A stretch of 64,000 bases of DNA from Neophaeotheca triangularis. Its lineage: Eukaryota. Below are positions 60,728 to 64,000 of the stretch, one piece after another. Numbering within the stretch: position 1 is the first letter of the stretch; every line of letters begins with the position of its first letter. Under the pieces are notes generated by a model. The model was given only the letters and a program-made list of their open reading frames with translations. It did no database searches and was not told where the DNA came from. Location: contig BAAIJX010000016.1 in NCBI GenBank assembly GCA_054600435.1, positions 310,001-374,000 on the forward strand, read 5' to 3'. Made by a program: the position numbers and the translations under genes.

Positions 60728-61430
60728 GCGCGCAGCCGCCAGCTCTCGACCAAAAGGCTTCTCGCGTTCTGGCAAGAATCGGGTATGGGGCGGGCAGGGT
60801 GCAGGCAAGCTGCGGTTACGATTCGAGGCCTTCAAGGCGAGGAATAGAAAGGTAGTGCCGGAAGGATGTCAAATCATTGAGGCAGATTCGGCAGTAATAG
60901 GCTCTCAAAAATTCCAGCAAAGCTCGTCCGGGAATGAAGATGTTGAACTCCAGCATAGCCAAGCCTGCTCTTTATTTCGTACGCTCAGAATTCCGGAGCA
61001 TCTTAATTGGCCATGTGGGGTTTGAGATTCAATCAGAAATCATTTTCCGATGGGCCAAGTGTGTTGTTGCAGAAAGGTGAAGTTGCGACAGCGCAACATT
61101 TTTGACAAGCGTTCACATGGCGAGGACGGGCGTCCGTAAGTTAGCGTGATGTTCGAACAGCCAATCATATTAGCGGTCGCACATTGCAACCTCACCTCGT
61201 GAAGCATTCTCTGGCAAACATCTCTCACTGCGCTATGTTTGTTGCACTTGTCGGTTTGGAGAACGTTATTTTATCTACGTAAAGATGGCATCGTGGATAG
61301 CCAACCGCTTGCTCCTCAATAAGCACCACGTAGTAGAGTATTCGGGATCTCAACGACCATCGGCAGAGCGAGCTCCCGCGAAATCTGTGTAGGCATTCCA
61401 ATACCGCTAAAAGGTGGAAAAAGGGGGAGT

Positions 61431-62060
61431 TTGTTCAGGGCCTCATACGTCCCTCAAGTGCAGCCAGGGAAAGACGAAAGTTCCTCAATGGAATTGGCTT
61501 CATTCTCCCTGGCAAGCCTCTTTCGTCGATGGAAACAACAACACATCTATTTAAAATACATCCTCAGGTCGCTGTCAATTAAGAGCCATTGGCCAGAGGA
61601 AGAAATTATTGAAGCAATGCACGTGGCTTTGGAAGACCTCAAGAGCCACACTCAACTTTCAGTCAACAACTAAAAAGATAACCAAACCGCTGAGCTCAAT
61701 GTCAGGGAACCGAAAATGACCATCAAGCGTCTGCTCTAGTTGGTACTAATCGTCAAGGCCTTACGTCCATTTCACAGTTCAACGATCTTCGCTTCGACCT
61801 GCAGCGATCCGAGAACAAGCTCTACCAGGTCGAAGACGGAGCGCAACGAGCTTGACGAGCAGCTCGACCAGCGCGACGAAGAGCCGAAGGCGCTTCAGAT
61901 CTCACACGATGCGAAGGCCGCTCACCAAGAGGCAATGAGGTCCGTTCTGGAGAAAGACGTCGGACTGCTACAAAAGGCGCTGAAGTAAGAGCTTGCTCAG
62001 GTTCGCCCTCGTCAGGTTCCCGACAATTTGGACGTACAGGACAGCATTTTGAGCACTAAC
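61431..62060 (+). pseudogene. Degenerate coiled-coil ORF relic
   Basis: Fragments such as EAMHVALEDLKSHTQLSVNN* and KTERNELDEQLDQRDEE...LEKDVGLLQKALK*, separated by stops and frame changes. Confidence 0.35.
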
Positions 62061-64000
62061 TGAACGAGGGGAATGAGTCGAATCTCGGTCGCTTTAGCTC
62101 AATCGCGATGTGAGAGAAAGAGAGAGGCGAGGTCGGGGTTAGAGGGCAGGCTACTTCACAGCCATCGGACTCTGAAGCAGGCGAAAGCGAGGCGGGTGGT
62201 GTCTAAATTGAGGAACATTCGGACGCCGAATTGTGCGCTGAACGTCAGGAGGCTTAATTCTCTGAAAGGGGCAGTAGATTTGGTGGCAGCATCTGGAACA
62301 TGGCAGGAATGTGAGCAAACCCGCAAGCAATTTCTGGACGCTGTGAGCATCCGTAGCCCTCAAGACACTTGGCAACCACTCAAAACCTTTTTATGTGATT
62401 GGAACCAGAGGAAGGCTTTGGTAAAAAGTATGGCTTCTACCTAGGTACCGCCGCCCTAGCGACTAGCTTAATCGTCTTTTGTAGTCCGCTGTCGAGACTT
62501 CGAAGCAAGTCTGGTACCCTCAACGATCAATCTCTTCAGTTACTGTACATGGGTTTATGATTTGCGGAATGGCAAAATCGAGTCAGATTCACTCCCAAAC
62601 TCCAGTTCTTTTCTCTTTTCAAGCCACCGGCCCAAGTTGTTCTGACATCGAATCCACTGAAGTTTTCTCTTCGCCGAGATACTGTCGAACATTGGCCAGA
62701 TCCATGATAAAGCCATGGCCGTAATTCTACCTAGGTAAAACGAGCGGTTGAGATCGGTATCGAGGACCCCAGAATCCGACACCGGATCATTCTACAATGA
62801 CCGCTTGACTTACATACTTTCGACCGATAGCGAAATTGTTCTGAAATGCGTCAAGGCTCGAAGACCTTTATATCGAACTTTGAAGTAGGCTGAAAGTCAG
62901 GGGAAGCAGAAGCTCTGATTTGACAAAGTAAGAGGGCGAACTGCGCCAAGACTTCATGAGGTGACGATGACTGCTAAACAATATATTCAATTTCCTGCCA
63001 GGCACTTATAAATCTGCCCAAGAGGCGCAGTCGGTATGTTCGCCCTACTAAACTTCCCAATCCGGACGCTAGCTGACTCAATCCAGATCCAACTCCCCTA
63101 TCCCTCAATAGACTTGGGTTCAATTCCCCGTGGCAGCGCCCGTCCCCTTTCTCAGTTACGACGTTAAATTAGCGACTGAGACGTCGTGCAGTTCACCGAC
63201 GTATAAGTACAACTGCGAAAGCTAAACCAATTCTCCATCGAATGAGTTCACTTTCCCTCTAGTGCGTTGTTCTTAGAGGCTTTCTTTTTGCCCTTTTTGG
63301 ACAAGTATGGCTTTGGGCAGTAATAGCATCTTTTCTGCGAGATTGATTGAGTGAACTCACTGGGCTCACTTAAAAGGACATGATGTTTTCCACGTATATC
63401 ACTAGCTTTACGAGGAGCCAGGACCGATTGTTCGGAAGCAGAGCCTGAACACACAGCAAAACCTGGGCGCTAGCATAGAGAAGATCCGTGTCAGTTCCCT
63501 AACGTCTGGTGAGCACCTCTATACTTCGTCCAGTCCGCTCTACGATAGGGATCATGAACCTTGGTGCCCTTACAAGTTGGTGGAGAGACCGAGTCGCAGG
63601 GCCAACTCGCCGGGATCCGAGCAATCCATCCAATCGCTAGCTCCCCATGCTTGAGGCCTCACCTAACTCATCGCCTCAGCCCCTTTCGTCACCCGGCGCT
63701 CGAGCAAATGCTCTGACCACTTCCGCTTCATAAACAACTTCTTCCCTGCACACTCACATTTCAAACTTTACCGACTGCGGACACTCTGCAATCAAAATCA
63801 GGATGTCTTCCAAGCGCTCTGCCGACGGCATTGAACCCAAAAGCCCCAAGCGCTCTTCGTATAAGCACCATTTCATGCTTAAGTGAAGCGAAGTACAGAG
63901 CGCAACTGATCGCAAAAAGAACATTATAATTCTTGCGCTTCCGACTCGCTTGAAAAACACCTCATCAACCAGAAGCCGGCACATGACAATTTGAACAAGA

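Noticed and set aside
62450..64000. Transposon or gene relic at the window end
   Set aside because: Somewhat AT-richer with broken minus-strand ORFs, but no transposase or RT motifs, terminal repeats or identifiable family.

Overview
Eukaryotic, intron-containing genomic DNA from a filamentous ascomycete (Pezizomycotina; a Dothideomycete is my inference from protein style). It is a gene-dense housekeeping region: carboxypeptidase Y, SDO1/SBDS, an amidase, a Dal5-type MFS transporter, LHS1, MSS51, RSE1/SF3B3, choline/ethanolamine kinase, an LCAT-like hydrolase, RPS5, an APC permease, a BrlA-like C2H2 factor, DRS1 and a repeat-rich hydrophilic protein. Two patches (about 24.6-31.8 kb and 58.9-64 kb) hold orphan coiled-coil genes and decaying copies. 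The most striking element is a minus-strand tRNA gene at 12710-12872. Its anticodon is split by a 55-nt spliceosomal-type intron (GTGAGT...GCTAAC...TAG) lying 3 nt upstream of a canonical 36-nt tRNA intron. Removing both gives a 72-nt elongator tRNA-Met(CAT). Its 3' trailer carries two covarying tandem hairpins before the Pol III T-run. All calls and exon boundaries were made by eye; no database search was run.
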